DNA from: Acinetobacter phage Mokit
Direction: 5' to 3' (one strand)
Length of the DNA: 64,000 bases
Sequence record: MW388002.1
Every line of letters begins with the position of its first letter. Position 1 is the stretch's first letter. A model generated the notes under the pieces. The model was not told the origin of the DNA and did not search any database. It was given only the letters and a program-made list of their open reading frames with translations. The position numbers and the translations under genes are program-made. Below, in pieces: positions 50,915 to 61,160 of this stretch.

Positions 50915-51194
50915 AATATTCTGAAGATAATTTTAGAATTCGTACCCAAGTATCTCGTGGATCATGGTATTCATCTAAATGATCAGTTATCAATCTAGTA
51001 GCTTGGCGAAAATCTTCATAAGCATATGATTTTTCTGGACTAAACGATGACATCTCTAAAACTACCCAAAGGATTCGTAGTAAATCTTCTGGGCGGTGCC
51101 ATTTGATAAAGTATGTATTATTGTCTGATGTATTCAATACAATAGATTGGTTGTCACGGTCAAACCCGACTGCTATATCATATACACTCATCAA
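50877..51194 (-). CDS. hypothetical protein
   Basis: 105-aa ORF. Confidence 0.4.
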   Translation of the reverse strand: MMSVYDIAVGFDRDNQSIVLNTSDNNTYFIKWHRPEDLLRILWVVLEMSSFSPEKSYAYEDFRQATRLITDHLDEYHDPRDTWVRILKLSSEYFGGFDALISPNV

Positions 51195-51399
51195 AAAATA
51201 TGGCTTTAGTTAAAATCATATGAGATTCAACTTTGTAAAAATTGCTATTAGAGTCTAAGCGTTGCACAAACCAAAACAGCCCTTCCCACTGATTATCATT
51301 ATTCAAGTATGATAAATCTACATTAAAATCTCGAACAATTAATTCATGATTACGTAGGACGTCCCTGAGAACCTTTAGACCAGTTATTTGAATAAGCAT
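51178..51399 (-). CDS. hypothetical protein
   Basis: 73-aa ORF. Confidence 0.35.
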   Translation of the reverse strand: MLIQITGLKVLRDVLRNHELIVRDFNVDLSYLNNDNQWEGLFWFVQRLDSNSNFYKVESHMILTKAIFFDECI

Positions 51400-51465
51400 A
51401 GTTTTCTCGCTTTTGAGTATTGATTCTTATTATATACAAAAACTTTTGATGTGTAAATAGCGTGC

Positions 51466-51492
51466 AACAAAAAAGAGAGCCGAAGCTCTCTT
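51466..51492 (-). terminator. minus-strand terminator after gene 32 (AAGAGAGC-UUCG-GCUCUCUU + U-run)
   Basis: 7/8-bp stem with a UUCG tetraloop and TTTTTTG on the minus strand, ~20 nt after the gp32 stop. Confidence 0.8.
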
Positions 51493-51508
51493 AGTTTATT
51501 TGTTTGAA

Positions 51509-52420
51509 TTATAGACCATTTAATAGGTCATTTAATTCTGGATCTTCTTTAACAGGTTCAGCTGATTGAACTGGATCAGGGGTAACTGATGTAGGTTCTG
51601 CTGTGAATTGTGACATTTGTTTTTCAAAATCTTCCAATTCGCTTGCTACTGCTTCTGCATTTTTTGATGCTTCTGCAGCTGCTCCGCCAAGAGCTGCTGT
51701 ACCCATAACACGATTAAATGATTCTAAGTTCTTTTCATAACTATTGAACTTGTCCTTTGCAATAATTGAATCAATATCAAACATATCTTCAATTAATTTT
51801 GCTTGGAACGCCGGATCGTCAATATTAGGGATTTTCGATTGTTTCTGGAATTTGCAATCATCATAGTTGCTAAAACCTGAAACTTTTTTCACTTTCATGA
51901 TGAAGTTTGCACCGTCAAATGGGCATGTAACATCGACTGGAACTTCACCGATATCTGTATCGACTTCAACCATAGAATTAATTTTATCCATGATTTTTTG
52001 TCCGAAACGATATTTAAACACTTTACCATCATTTTCTGGGTGAGCTGGATCTTTAACAACTAAGATGTTAGCCCAGAAAGAAGATTTACGTTTAAGTTTA
52101 CCATACATTGCGTTGTCTGTATTATACAGATCGTTTTCGCTAATATGTTTACAAACTGGGCATTCATCGAATTTGCCATGTGTAGATGTACAATTTTCGA
52201 TATACCATTTTGATCCAATTTTAAAGCCGTGGTTAATCAATTTAACAAATGGCATAGAATCTGGAGTTTTGCCTGGAAGAAAACGAATAACAGCGGAGCC
52301 ATTACCAGCAGTATCGAGCGTCAATTTCCATTCTTTACCATCAGCTTCATTGAAACTTGAACCACCTTTAAGTTCTTGAAGGTGAGCGGCTAATTGAGCT
52401 GGGTCTTTACGTTGAAACAT
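51509..52420 (-). CDS. 32: single-stranded DNA-binding protein gp32
   Basis: LKLDTAGNGSAVIRFLP, Zn site CTSTHGKFDECPVC and WANILVVKDPA.PEN.GKVFKYRFG are nearly identical to T4 gp32; acidic C-terminus. Confidence 0.95.
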   Translation of the reverse strand: MFQRKDPAQLAAHLQELKGGSSFNEADGKEWKLTLDTAGNGSAVIRFLPGKTPDSMPFVKLINHGFKIGSKWYIENCTSTHGKFDECPVCKHISENDLYNTDNAMYGKLKRKSSFWANILVVKDPAHPENDGKVFKYRFGQKIMDKINSMVEVDTDIGEVPVDVTCPFDGANFIMKVKKVSGFSNYDDCKFQKQSKIPNIDDPAFQAKLIEDMFDIDSIIAKDKFNSYEKNLESFNRVMGTAALGGAAAEASKNAEAVASELEDFEKQMSQFTAEPTSVTPDPVQSAEPVKEDPELNDLLNGL

Positions 52421-52555
52421 AATATTATCCTTTAAGTTTTTAACAGTTGGTGATGTACCGTGTTTATTAAACTCTTATAAATTGTACACCTAAAATATAA
52501 GAGAGATTAATTTAATACCAAAATGATTTAAGCAAATTGATATTTTTATTTATAC

Positions 52556-53206
52556 TCAGAATTTCGCAGCCTTTATGCTACTGATAAATTTTGACTTACA
52601 TTTATCAGGATCTACAGTAAAAAGTTTGCGATATGCCTTAAGGCGAACTGAATATGACGACCAAATAATGTTGTCATGTTTATCATGTTCCTCAATTATA
52701 TTGAGGAAGCTATCAAGCATAATAAATGTTTCAAATGAAATTATTCCACTTTGAAGGAGTTTAAAAATATACGAAGATTTGATAGATTCATTATAAACAA
52801 AAATATCATTAAGCGACTTGATATTTACCTTTTTTGAAAAATAGTAAATGTTCTTCACATCGTCTTCATACCTGGCAGTAACAATTCGTAACCTAGCAAG
52901 ATACGTTTTGTAAAAATTTACTGCATCAGAATCACTGATCTCACCAATCCATGCGTCTTGGTTTGCCACTAAGTTACTAATGAAGATCAAGCATAATTCC
53001 TTCAAAGTAAATTTTTCAGACAACTTCTGGAAAAAGAATTTATCTTTACGTTTGGCGAATGAATCATCAGAGACTTTCATTCGCCAATCAGATTTAATTA
53101 CACAACGTCTGCCGTTGAAATGGTTTTTCAGCTGAAGGTATAAGTTATATACACTTTTTGCGTCAATACGAATGTTATTGTTTGGCGGCAATAACAATTT
53201 AACCAT
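52556..53206 (-). CDS. 59: helicase loader gp59
   Basis: 216 aa (T4 217 aa). DKFFFQKLSEKFTLKELCLIFISNLVANQDAWIGEISDSDA is nearly identical to T4 gp59. Confidence 0.95.
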   Translation of the reverse strand: MVKLLLPPNNNIRIDAKSVYNLYLQLKNHFNGRRCVIKSDWRMKVSDDSFAKRKDKFFFQKLSEKFTLKELCLIFISNLVANQDAWIGEISDSDAVNFYKTYLARLRIVTARYEDDVKNIYYFSKKVNIKSLNDIFVYNESIKSSYIFKLLQSGIISFETFIMLDSFLNIIEEHDKHDNIIWSSYSVRLKAYRKLFTVDPDKCKSKFISSIKAAKF

Positions 53207-53498
53207 ACATAAAATCCAATGTAGAATACTTGTTTTGTTTTGCCATTGAAGGCTTCAAAAGGTTGTCATCTAGGGCCTCGGATTTGAGCTGTTCGATAAT
53301 AGTTTCAGGAATATACTTAGCAAACTGATTTTCAGGGATGCTTCGTTCTTCCATCCACCATGACACTGCTTCTAAATAACTAAGCCCTTCGGTGTTAACG
53401 AGTGCAGTAATTTCAGCAGAAGTAGTTTGTTTGTCATATGCTGCAGCAGTTTTCTGCTGCAGGACTTCCATAAGATTATTTTCTAAAGACTGCATCAT
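53199..53498 (-). CDS. 33: late transcription co-activator gp33
   Basis: 99 aa; position between genes 59 and dsbA as in T4. Confidence 0.7.
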   Translation of the reverse strand: MMQSLENNLMEVLQQKTAAAYDKQTTSAEITALVNTEGLSYLEAVSWWMEERSIPENQFAKYIPETIIEQLKSEALDDNLLKPSMAKQNKYSTLDFMYG

Positions 53499-53742
53499 AC
53501 TTCTCTAATAGTTCTTCATTTTCAGTTTCGAGTTTTTCGCGTTCGTCTTTATGGAAGATTCGAAGCATTTGGTTAAAATCTTTACCAGATACACCGAGTT
53601 CCTCACATGCAGTTTTGCGAATTTCACGAATTGCTTCGTTTGCGCCTTCGATAATTGCTTTGTGATCTGAGCATTGCTTGATGCAATGTTCTAGTTGTTC
53701 ACCATGAAGTGCTGGATTAAATTCAACTTTCTCTTTAGCCAT
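53476..53742 (-). CDS. dsbA: DsbA dsDNA-binding late transcription enhancer
   Basis: 88 aa (T4 89 aa); position. Confidence 0.7.
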   Translation of the reverse strand: MAKEKVEFNPALHGEQLEHCIKQCSDHKAIIEGANEAIREIRKTACEELGVSGKDFNQMLRIFHKDEREKLETENEELLEKYDAVFRK

Positions 53743-53800
53743 TTCAATTACCTCTTATGTATTTGGTATGAGTATATTTTAACACAGAAAATATAAAGCA

Positions 53801-54031
53801 TTAAACGTTATATTTTCCTTCAAGTTCTTGGCGACGTTTGCAATTGTTAATTGGGCCGCCGTATGGCACATCTTTAAAATGTTCATACATGTCTTCCATT
53901 ACAGGAAAATCTCGAGACATCCATTTAGTGTAGTCATTGAAATAACCACGCCAAATCCATTTATCTCGAATTTCGTCCTCCAGGACCCACCAAGCAAGTC
54001 CTGATAATAATCGCTTAATAAACTTTTTCAT
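53801..54031 (-). CDS. hypothetical protein
   Basis: 76-aa ORF. Confidence 0.4.
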   Translation of the reverse strand: MKKFIKRLLSGLAWWVLEDEIRDKWIWRGYFNDYTKWMSRDFPVMEDMYEHFKDVPYGGPINNCKRRQELEGKYNV

Positions 54032-54038
54032 TTGCGCC

Positions 54039-55109
54039 TCAAATGCAGTTGAGATCTTTAAGAAGTTTGGTTAACTTGTTTTTAACCATATATGAATATG
54101 TTTTGCCGCGTGGAGCAGGTGTGTATGATTTATATGCATCAATAATTGATTCACGAATATCATCACGAATATAATCAAAGTCAATTAATACACGATTGCG
54201 TTTGAAACGATGCATCCATAAGTCTGCGATTTTTGTTGTCATAACTGTAGTGTCGGTATATAATTCAGGAGATTGATCAACATCAATGCCTTGTAATTTT
54301 AGCAGTTTATGGCAATTTTCAACACCTACTTTTTTGTTTGATGTTTTTTTGGAAATTTCAGCCATAAATGCATTATACACTTCATCATCCGATTTGCCAA
54401 CAAGAGATTTAACAAAATCCGCAGATGTTGATGGGGTGCGTTCAGTGTCTTGGTCATATGTTAACCAGAAGTCGCCACGAACTTTAATCGATGCAACACA
54501 GTCTTTGCGATCGCCTTTTAAAACTTTAGTTAGACAATCTTCTTGTGGCGAGCCGGTCTTGACTTTTACAAATTTTTTCTGGACTGGTGAATATTGATCT
54601 AAATCTTCAATTTTATGAAGTTGTGTAAAGTCACCATCAGATGAAATAACACGGACCTTATAGCCATGAAGTGATAAATATTTAGATAGCACTGCAATAC
54701 AATCGTCTGCTTCACAATGGCGGACATCGATAATAATCCAAGGCATATTATCTTTTAATTCTTGAATAACAATTCCAAGAGCTTCAAAATAGCCTTCCCA
54801 ATCAAATGAATCAGATTCTTGTGCTTCAGCACGTGCAATCGCACGATTGCGTTTATAATAATCTTCTTCTTGTCGTCGCCAATATCCATAACGTGCATTA
54901 TCAATTGTGATAATGACTTTTTCATAGCCATCAGCTTTAAATTTTAATGCATTATGTTTAATTGTTGAGAGTACAAGTTGACGAACAATATCGGTAGTGA
55001 ATTTCATACCAGGTTCATGTGTAACTGCAACAGTTGCTAAAGCGATTTGTGACAAATCGATAAGTAGTGCACCAGGCTTTTCTGGTTCAAAAAAGTGGTC
55101 TAAACTCAT
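54039..55109 (-). CDS. rnh: RNase H / 5'-3' flap exonuclease
   Basis: From MSLDHFFEPEKPGALLIDLSQIALATV the protein aligns along its length with T4 RNase H (ICLIDFSQIALSTA…SSDGDFTQLHK…KKDNVASVKVR). The ORF-track start at 55163 is probably 18 codons too long; the ATG at 55107-55109 has an AAGGA RBS. Confidence 0.9.
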   Translation of the reverse strand: MSLDHFFEPEKPGALLIDLSQIALATVAVTHEPGMKFTTDIVRQLVLSTIKHNALKFKADGYEKVIITIDNARYGYWRRQEEDYYKRNRAIARAEAQESDSFDWEGYFEALGIVIQELKDNMPWIIIDVRHCEADDCIAVLSKYLSLHGYKVRVISSDGDFTQLHKIEDLDQYSPVQKKFVKVKTGSPQEDCLTKVLKGDRKDCVASIKVRGDFWLTYDQDTERTPSTSADFVKSLVGKSDDEVYNAFMAEISKKTSNKKVGVENCHKLLKLQGIDVDQSPELYTDTTVMTTKIADLWMHRFKRNRVLIDFDYIRDDIRESIIDAYKSYTPAPRGKTYSYMVKNKLTKLLKDLNCI

Positions 55110-55198
55110 ACTATTATCCTTCTTAAATGATAGAAATATTGTAAACAAAATATAATGAAGCAATCTGGATTATTCAGAAACACTGCGCAGCAGCTATA

Positions 55199-55251
55199 CT
55201 TCTCCGACCAAATAGATAAATTTAGAGCGGTGAACCGGTAGAACCATTATA
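55199..55251. repeat. copy B of the ~53-nt dispersed repeat (see 23188-23239)
   Basis: Identical to copy A except for one extra G. On the minus strand it begins with TATAAT, ~90 nt upstream of the rnh start. Confidence 0.85.
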
Positions 55252-55366
55252 ACATCAAAAAATACAGTTGTACACTATGCTTTACACAAATATGATTAAT
55301 AAATAATCATAAGAACCAATACTCGGCTTTTAATAAATATATGATAAGATAATCAAAGGAAATCGC

Positions 55367-58300
55367 ATGTCTGAAGTAAAAACAAGTTTCCGTGCGTCAT
55401 ACGGGTTGGACGCAGCTGGTGAAAAAGTAATCAATGTAGCAAAGGCTGACAAAACTGTCATGTCTGATGGTGTAAACGTTGAATACCTCATCCAAGAAAA
55501 CACAACCCAACAATATGACCCTTCTCGTGCATATGAGAAAGGATTTATTGTAGAATTTAACGGCCGTCTTTGGATGGCCGAACAGAATATTGCTAAACCT
55601 GCAGGAACATTCTTTGAAGGTTACTGGAAGCCATTGCGTACCGACCCTAAATGGTACCCATTTGATTCTGGCAAGTATCAATTAAAGGTTGGTGATTATA
55701 TTTCTGTTGATACACGTGCAGGTTTAGACGTAGAATTAACTTTACCAACATCCCCAGCACCACAAGAAGGCGACACTATTTCCATTAAAGATATTGGCGG
55801 CTTGACTGGGTATACTTCTGTTATTGTTATTGCCCCTGTTGAATCTATTGTTGATAAAGGCGCAAGCATCCCACAAAAACGTATGACTATTCCATTTTCT
55901 GAATGGACATTTGTTTATACGAAGAAGCAATGGTCATTATTCGACGGTGACGAGGCACCTGTGGCTCGCACAGTTGTACCAGGGGGACCAATTCGTGTTC
56001 AATCAGGTGAAACAATTATTCGTAATTATGATCGCCTTGCGCCTATTGTGTTGACATTCCCAAAATTCGCTAATAATGGCGATATTATCCACTTTGTAGG
56101 CATGAATCAAAATTCGGTACCATATTACCACCTAGAATTGAACACATTTGATTCTAATACAAGTATAATGTCTCCTGGCGTACACAAAGAGATATTCTAT
56201 CGTTCACTAAGTGGCTATTTTATTTACAATAGCTCATCGTCTACTTGGGTACTTTTTGACACAGATACAGTAGATCGACTACGAACTGTTAGTACTGATA
56301 CTGATTTGTTCCCTAATGAAACTGTCGCAGTAGTCGGTAAAGATAATGTAACTGCGCAAACAATTAAATTGACTCTGCCTGATAATGTGCAACCTGGTGA
56401 CCAAATCACTATTGCATTGAATTATATGCGAAAGGCTCAAACAGTTAATATCGTCCCTAAAGGGTCTGATATGATTTTGACTAATAAAAATCTTACACAG
56501 TTCCCTAAGCGTTCGAGTTATCCACCTGATGGCAATTGGGTCAATACCAACATTTTGTCATATAATGGAAACAGCGATTATCCGCCTGTGATTAAGTTTG
56601 CATACATTGATATGGGGCCTATTAAACAGTGGTTAATGGTCGACTGTATTCCTGCATTAGAACGCGTAGACCCTTCATCAGATGCAACACGTGGAAGATT
56701 AGGTGTCATTGCATTAGCTACCCAAGCTCAAGCGAATTTAGATAAATCTGCTATAACCGAGGCGGCTAAAGAAGTAGCTATTACGCCTGAAACTTTATCA
56801 AATAGAACTGCTACCGAGGCTCGCCAAGGTATAGCTAAAATTTCAACTAGGGCGCAGAACCAACTTAATACTGATGACGCTAATTATAACGATTTTGACA
56901 TAGTTACTCCTCTCAAGTTGAATCAAAAACAAGCCACTGAAACTATGCGTGGTCTTGCTGAAATTGCCACTCAAGCTGAAACGAATAGCAACACCGACGA
57001 CACAAGAATTATTACATCTAAGAAATTGGATGGACGTAGAGCTAGAACAGATCTTGCAGGCGTAGCTAAACTCGTTGCTGCTGGTGGTGTGGCACCGGTT
57101 AAGAATGGTACAAATACTCGAGATACTGTTGGTACTGGCATCTATGACCATACAGATTATGTTAACATTGTAACGCCAAAAACATTAAGAGAATTTTATT
57201 CTACCGAAATGGCTTTAGGTACAGTGTACTTAGCAAATTCTGCTGAAGTTATTTCTGGCGCTTCATCAGCAGCGAAGTACCCATTAGCTGTTACTCCAGA
57301 AACATTGCACACAAAAACTGCTACAGACGGTAGAATCGGTTTTACTCAGGTTGCGAATCAAACTGAAGTTAATGCCGGCACCGATTATTTTAAATATGTT
57401 ACGCCAAAAACATTAAATGATCGTAAAGCTACAGAAGCTTTGACCGGTATTGCTAAACTTGCAACTCAAGCCGAGTTTAATGCTGGCACTGCAGGACTAA
57501 TCTCTGGCCCAGATAAAATTAAAGCATATTTGTCTACACCTTCACGTACTGCGGTAGTTGCCGCATCTGGTTTGACACAGGCCGGCAACCTTTGGACTAC
57601 AACAACATTTGATATTGTTGCACCTACTGAAACACAACGTGGTACAACACGATTAGCTACTCAAACTGAAGTTAATGCCGGCACTGATGACATCACTGTT
57701 GTTACTCCTAAAAAGTTACATGCTAAAAAGGCTACAACTGCTGCAGAAGGTATTATTAGAATTGCTAATACTGCAGAGACTATAGCTGGAACTTCTGGCA
57801 CTACCGCTGTATGTCCAGTAAACTTAAAGCAAGTAATACAAGTCGAGACGTCTTGGGAGGCTTCAGCTTCTTTGCGTGGTCCGGTAAAAATCTCTAGCGG
57901 TTCGATTACATTTGTAGGAAATGATACTGTTGGATCAACAGCAGATATTGAAACTTATGCTAAGTCCGGATATGCGATTTCACCATATGAGTTGAATAAA
58001 ACTCTTGTGAATTACATGCCATTGAAAGCTAAGGCTGTAGATTCCGATAAATTAGATGGAATTGACTCTACTCAGTTCATCCGTAGAGATATTAATCAGA
58101 CTGTTGAAGGAAGTTTAACATTCACTAGTCCTACATTGTTTAATGATCGTGTTGACATACGTGAAATGTTAGAAGTGGGCAAAACTTCAGGTGAATCACT
58201 TAACACAGACAATGGCAAGCTACGTATGGTTTCTGGTGCTGTAGCTCCTCGAGCTTGGGCATTTGCGATACATGACGGTAATGTTAATGGTGTTGGCTCA

Positions 58301-59245
58301 TCTACACTTAAATTTGGCTATAAGTATCTTAGCGCTCAACCAGGTCCTATTGACATTGTTGCATATGAAATTCATCATTCCGGTGCAATTAAATTCAACA
58401 ATACTTTAAATGTAGTTGGTGCGACGACAATAAACAACACACTAAATGTTTCAGGTATCGTAAGTACAGACTCTGTCGGATTCCGAATTGCTGGATTTGA
58501 TGCGTTGACGGCAGTCTCAGGACAAACTAAAGTAGGTACTACTACACGTGGTCTAGACTTGATTGCAACTGATGCTGCATTTATCCGAGCTTTGGATTCA
58601 GGCACAGTATATACTGTAATGACAACAAAAAATCGTGCAGGGATTTTAGATCCATTATATGTCAAGAAGTCTGGTGACACTATGACTGGTAGATTAAACG
58701 TCAGCCAGCCTATTACTGCTACAATTCCTCAGTCTTTGGCTACGCCTAATGCTGTACCTAATTCTAACAACTTTGGTACATGGACAATCGATATTACTGA
58801 TCCTGCAATTTATAATACTATGCGCCCGTATCTTGTAGGTGTCTATGCCAAAAATGAAGAAACTGGTGCTACACTACCATGGTATGATAAGTATGATGAA
58901 TTCAACGGACCTGGTACGTTGTCTCAATTTGGATCATCTGCGTCTAATGGCTCAGGTACATATCAAATTTGGGCGCCACGCCCGCCAGCAGATAAAGCAA
59001 ATCTTCCTGGACATATTGCAGGAACTATGTGGTCCCGTCAATGGAATCCTGCAACAAATCATTGGGATGGCTGGGGTAGAATGTTTACAAACAATCATCC
59101 GCCGTTACCACAAGATATTGGTGCTATGAGTAACAATGGTTCGGTCTTTGATTCTATGCGCATCAGAGATTGGATACAAATTGGCAATTTAAGAATCTAT
59201 GCGAATCCGGAGACAAAAACTGTTCGCTTTGATTGGATAGAATAA
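55367..59245 (+). CDS. 34: long tail fibre proximal subunit gp34
   Basis: 1292 aa (T4 1289 aa). The N-terminus MSEVKTSFRASYGLDAAGEKVINVAKADKTVMSDGVNVEYLIQENTTQQYDPSRAY aligns with the T4 gp34 N-terminus. Confidence 0.9.
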   Translation: MSEVKTSFRASYGLDAAGEKVINVAKADKTVMSDGVNVEYLIQENTTQQYDPSRAYEKGFIVEFNGRLWMAEQNIAKPAGTFFEGYWKPLRTDPKWYPFDSGKYQLKVGDYISVDTRAGLDVELTLPTSPAPQEGDTISIKDIGGLTGYTSVIVIAPVESIVDKGASIPQKRMTIPFSEWTFVYTKKQWSLFDGDEAPVARTVVPGGPIRVQSGETIIRNYDRLAPIVLTFPKFANNGDIIHFVGMNQNSVPYYHLELNTFDSNTSIMSPGVHKEIFYRSLSGYFIYNSSSSTWVLFDTDTVDRLRTVSTDTDLFPNETVAVVGKDNVTAQTIKLTLPDNVQPGDQITIALNYMRKAQTVNIVPKGSDMILTNKNLTQFPKRSSYPPDGNWVNTNILSYNGNSDYPPVIKFAYIDMGPIKQWLMVDCIPALERVDPSSDATRGRLGVIALATQAQANLDKSAITEAAKEVAITPETLSNRTATEARQGIAKISTRAQNQLNTDDANYNDFDIVTPLKLNQKQATETMRGLAEIATQAETNSNTDDTRIITSKKLDGRRARTDLAGVAKLVAAGGVAPVKNGTNTRDTVGTGIYDHTDYVNIVTPKTLREFYSTEMALGTVYLANSAEVISGASSAAKYPLAVTPETLHTKTATDGRIGFTQVANQTEVNAGTDYFKYVTPKTLNDRKATEALTGIAKLATQAEFNAGTAGLISGPDKIKAYLSTPSRTAVVAASGLTQAGNLWTTTTFDIVAPTETQRGTTRLATQTEVNAGTDDITVVTPKKLHAKKATTAAEGIIRIANTAETIAGTSGTTAVCPVNLKQVIQVETSWEASASLRGPVKISSGSITFVGNDTVGSTADIETYAKSGYAISPYELNKTLVNYMPLKAKAVDSDKLDGIDSTQFIRRDINQTVEGSLTFTSPTLFNDRVDIREMLEVGKTSGESLNTDNGKLRMVSGAVAPRAWAFAIHDGNVNGVGSSTLKFGYKYLSAQPGPIDIVAYEIHHSGAIKFNNTLNVVGATTINNTLNVSGIVSTDSVGFRIAGFDALTAVSGQTKVGTTTRGLDLIATDAAFIRALDSGTVYTVMTTKNRAGILDPLYVKKSGDTMTGRLNVSQPITATIPQSLATPNAVPNSNNFGTWTIDITDPAIYNTMRPYLVGVYAKNEETGATLPWYDKYDEFNGPGTLSQFGSSASNGSGTYQIWAPRPPADKANLPGHIAGTMWSRQWNPATNHWDGWGRMFTNNHPPLPQDIGAMSNNGSVFDSMRIRDWIQIGNLRIYANPETKTVRFDWIE

Positions 59246-59254
59246 GGAGATAAT

Positions 59255-60388
59255 ATGGCAACTGCTACCTTTATGGCAGCATTCAGAAAAGACGCAGTAG
59301 AATCTGACGTCTTTTCTGAAGCGGATGCGGTCACATATAAATTTGAAGTTGGCGGTGCTACTAATTATTCTGGTGCACCATATCTTAAGCGCAATGGGAA
59401 AAATATTGAAGGAGTTACTTCGAATGGATTAAATCTTCGAGGTATGAATAATCCTGAAGACACAGGCGAAGTTAAATCGTTTGAGTTGACAACTACGGAC
59501 TCCACACTTAACAATACGTTCATACAATATATGAACGCTACAACTCATAAGATCATCGTAATATTTTCTGGTAGAAATTTAAGATCGTCGCCTGTGATTG
59601 ATGCTTGGTTTTCTGCTGCAGGCTCAGTTAATTGGCCTGGGCAATTTCTTTGCAACAACTATTCTGTCGGATATGTAGGCTTTTATAGTCCAGCCTTAAA
59701 GAAAATCGTAGGCGAAGTCATGATCTCTACTGATGGAGTTGACAAAGGCTATGCAAATTATACCACAGTTTACGATACATTTGCAGATATTGGAGCTCTT
59801 GGATTTCCTACACGTATAGTGTATGATCAGCAGACATATGCCGCAACAACTGGATACGAATACAAACGATTCCCTACTGCTAATACATACAATAAGCTTT
59901 CTGATTATGGTCTGAAGGTAGGCTCAGTAGTTATATTACAGGCTGACTTGGTTCATTCATCACAGATGCAATCAGCTGGTATGAAAACTCGTATGGACAT
60001 ACGGTGGTTAAAGGGTTCTACGGTGCTTGACGCTTCAGCAGTACTAGAATCTAATGGTGTAAACTGGGTCAACAAAACAACATATTCAACCGTTCCTGTA
60101 GGTGCGGATGGCTTCACTATTGTTGTTTCAAGGTATCCTAGAAATGATACTCTATCTGGTACTTCTATGGTCAGAAATGTAGTACTTTCTGAGGTTACAC
60201 GAGATGGAAGCAAACAAAGTACTAACGCTATGATTGGTGTTAATGGTATTAAAGCCGGTGAATTTGTTGAAAAACAAACTGGCGTACGATTAATGGATAT
60301 GGATATTAGAGTAAGCGCTCTCACAAATATAGTGCCAGTAGTAGGAATATATGAAGGAGATTCTAGTGGGCCGCCGCCTGCACCATAA
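59255..60388 (+). CDS. 35: long tail fibre hinge connector gp35
   Basis: 377 aa (T4 372 aa); synteny. Confidence 0.75.
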   Translation: MATATFMAAFRKDAVESDVFSEADAVTYKFEVGGATNYSGAPYLKRNGKNIEGVTSNGLNLRGMNNPEDTGEVKSFELTTTDSTLNNTFIQYMNATTHKIIVIFSGRNLRSSPVIDAWFSAAGSVNWPGQFLCNNYSVGYVGFYSPALKKIVGEVMISTDGVDKGYANYTTVYDTFADIGALGFPTRIVYDQQTYAATTGYEYKRFPTANTYNKLSDYGLKVGSVVILQADLVHSSQMQSAGMKTRMDIRWLKGSTVLDASAVLESNGVNWVNKTTYSTVPVGADGFTIVVSRYPRNDTLSGTSMVRNVVLSEVTRDGSKQSTNAMIGVNGIKAGEFVEKQTGVRLMDMDIRVSALTNIVPVVGIYEGDSSGPPPAP

Positions 60389-60390
60389 TA

Positions 60391-60412
60391 AAAGGCCCTT
60401 TAGGGCCTTTTA
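60391..60412 (+). terminator. hairpin AAAGGCCC-TTTA-GGGCCTTT after gene 35 (weak T-run)
   Basis: 8-bp stem; likely a partial terminator. Confidence 0.45.
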
Positions 60413-60415
60413 GCG

Positions 60416-60423
60416 TATAAATA
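60416..60423 (+). promoter_or_regulatory. late promoter TATAAATA for gene 36
   Basis: Exact motif 20 nt upstream of the gp36 ATG. Confidence 0.55.
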
Positions 60424-60443
60424 TTAAAATAAGAGGACATACT

Positions 60444-61148
60444 ATGGCAGATTTAAAAGCAGGTACAACGATTGGTGGAACACTCGTTTGGACCCAGGGA
60501 AATTTCCCGCTGTATCCAACAGGTGATACACTTCTATATAAAACATACAAAGTATATTCAGAAAATGACAAACCACAAGCTATTGACAATGACTTTGTTT
60601 CTAAGGCGCAAGGCGGCACATATAACGCACAAGTTGTATTTAATCAGAATATTGTTTTGCGTGCAGGTGGCGGCACAACTGGTAACTTGACGTCTATTAA
60701 TCTCTATGGCGGCATTGCAAATGGCGCTATGCCAACATATGGTTTTTTTGTTGGCAGTACGCTGGACGCGTCATTAGGGCGTCATGGTTCTATTGTTGGT
60801 AACTGGGCCGTTTATAATGTTGCTGCTAACGGCGGATGGATTTTTAGAACACAGTCAAGGAACGTGGCGTCTATTAACACTGATGGTACAGGTACATTCA
60901 ACGCGGTTAACATTGACTTAAATCCTACTATAGTGTCACATGCTACACGCAAAGACTACGTTGACAATTTAATAAATACCGTTACAAATAACGCAAATAA
61001 TAGAGTTTTACGATCTGGGGATACAATGACAGGTGTATTGACTGCACCAAACATTATATCGCAAAATGTTGCTACTGCGCCGGCACAAGTGCCTCAATTA
61101 GGACAAGTGGTTCAGCGAGGTATAATTCTAGATTACGGAACATTTTAA
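60444..61148 (+). CDS. 36: long tail fibre distal connector gp36
   Basis: MADLKAGTTIGGTLVWTQGNFPLYPTGDTLLYKTYKVYSENDKPQAIDNDFVSKAQGGTY aligns with T4 gp36 (MADLKVGSTTGGSVIWHQGNFPL…). Confidence 0.9.
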   Translation: MADLKAGTTIGGTLVWTQGNFPLYPTGDTLLYKTYKVYSENDKPQAIDNDFVSKAQGGTYNAQVVFNQNIVLRAGGGTTGNLTSINLYGGIANGAMPTYGFFVGSTLDASLGRHGSIVGNWAVYNVAANGGWIFRTQSRNVASINTDGTGTFNAVNIDLNPTIVSHATRKDYVDNLINTVTNNANNRVLRSGDTMTGVLTAPNIISQNVATAPAQVPQLGQVVQRGIILDYGTF

Positions 61149-61160
61149 GGAAATTATCAG

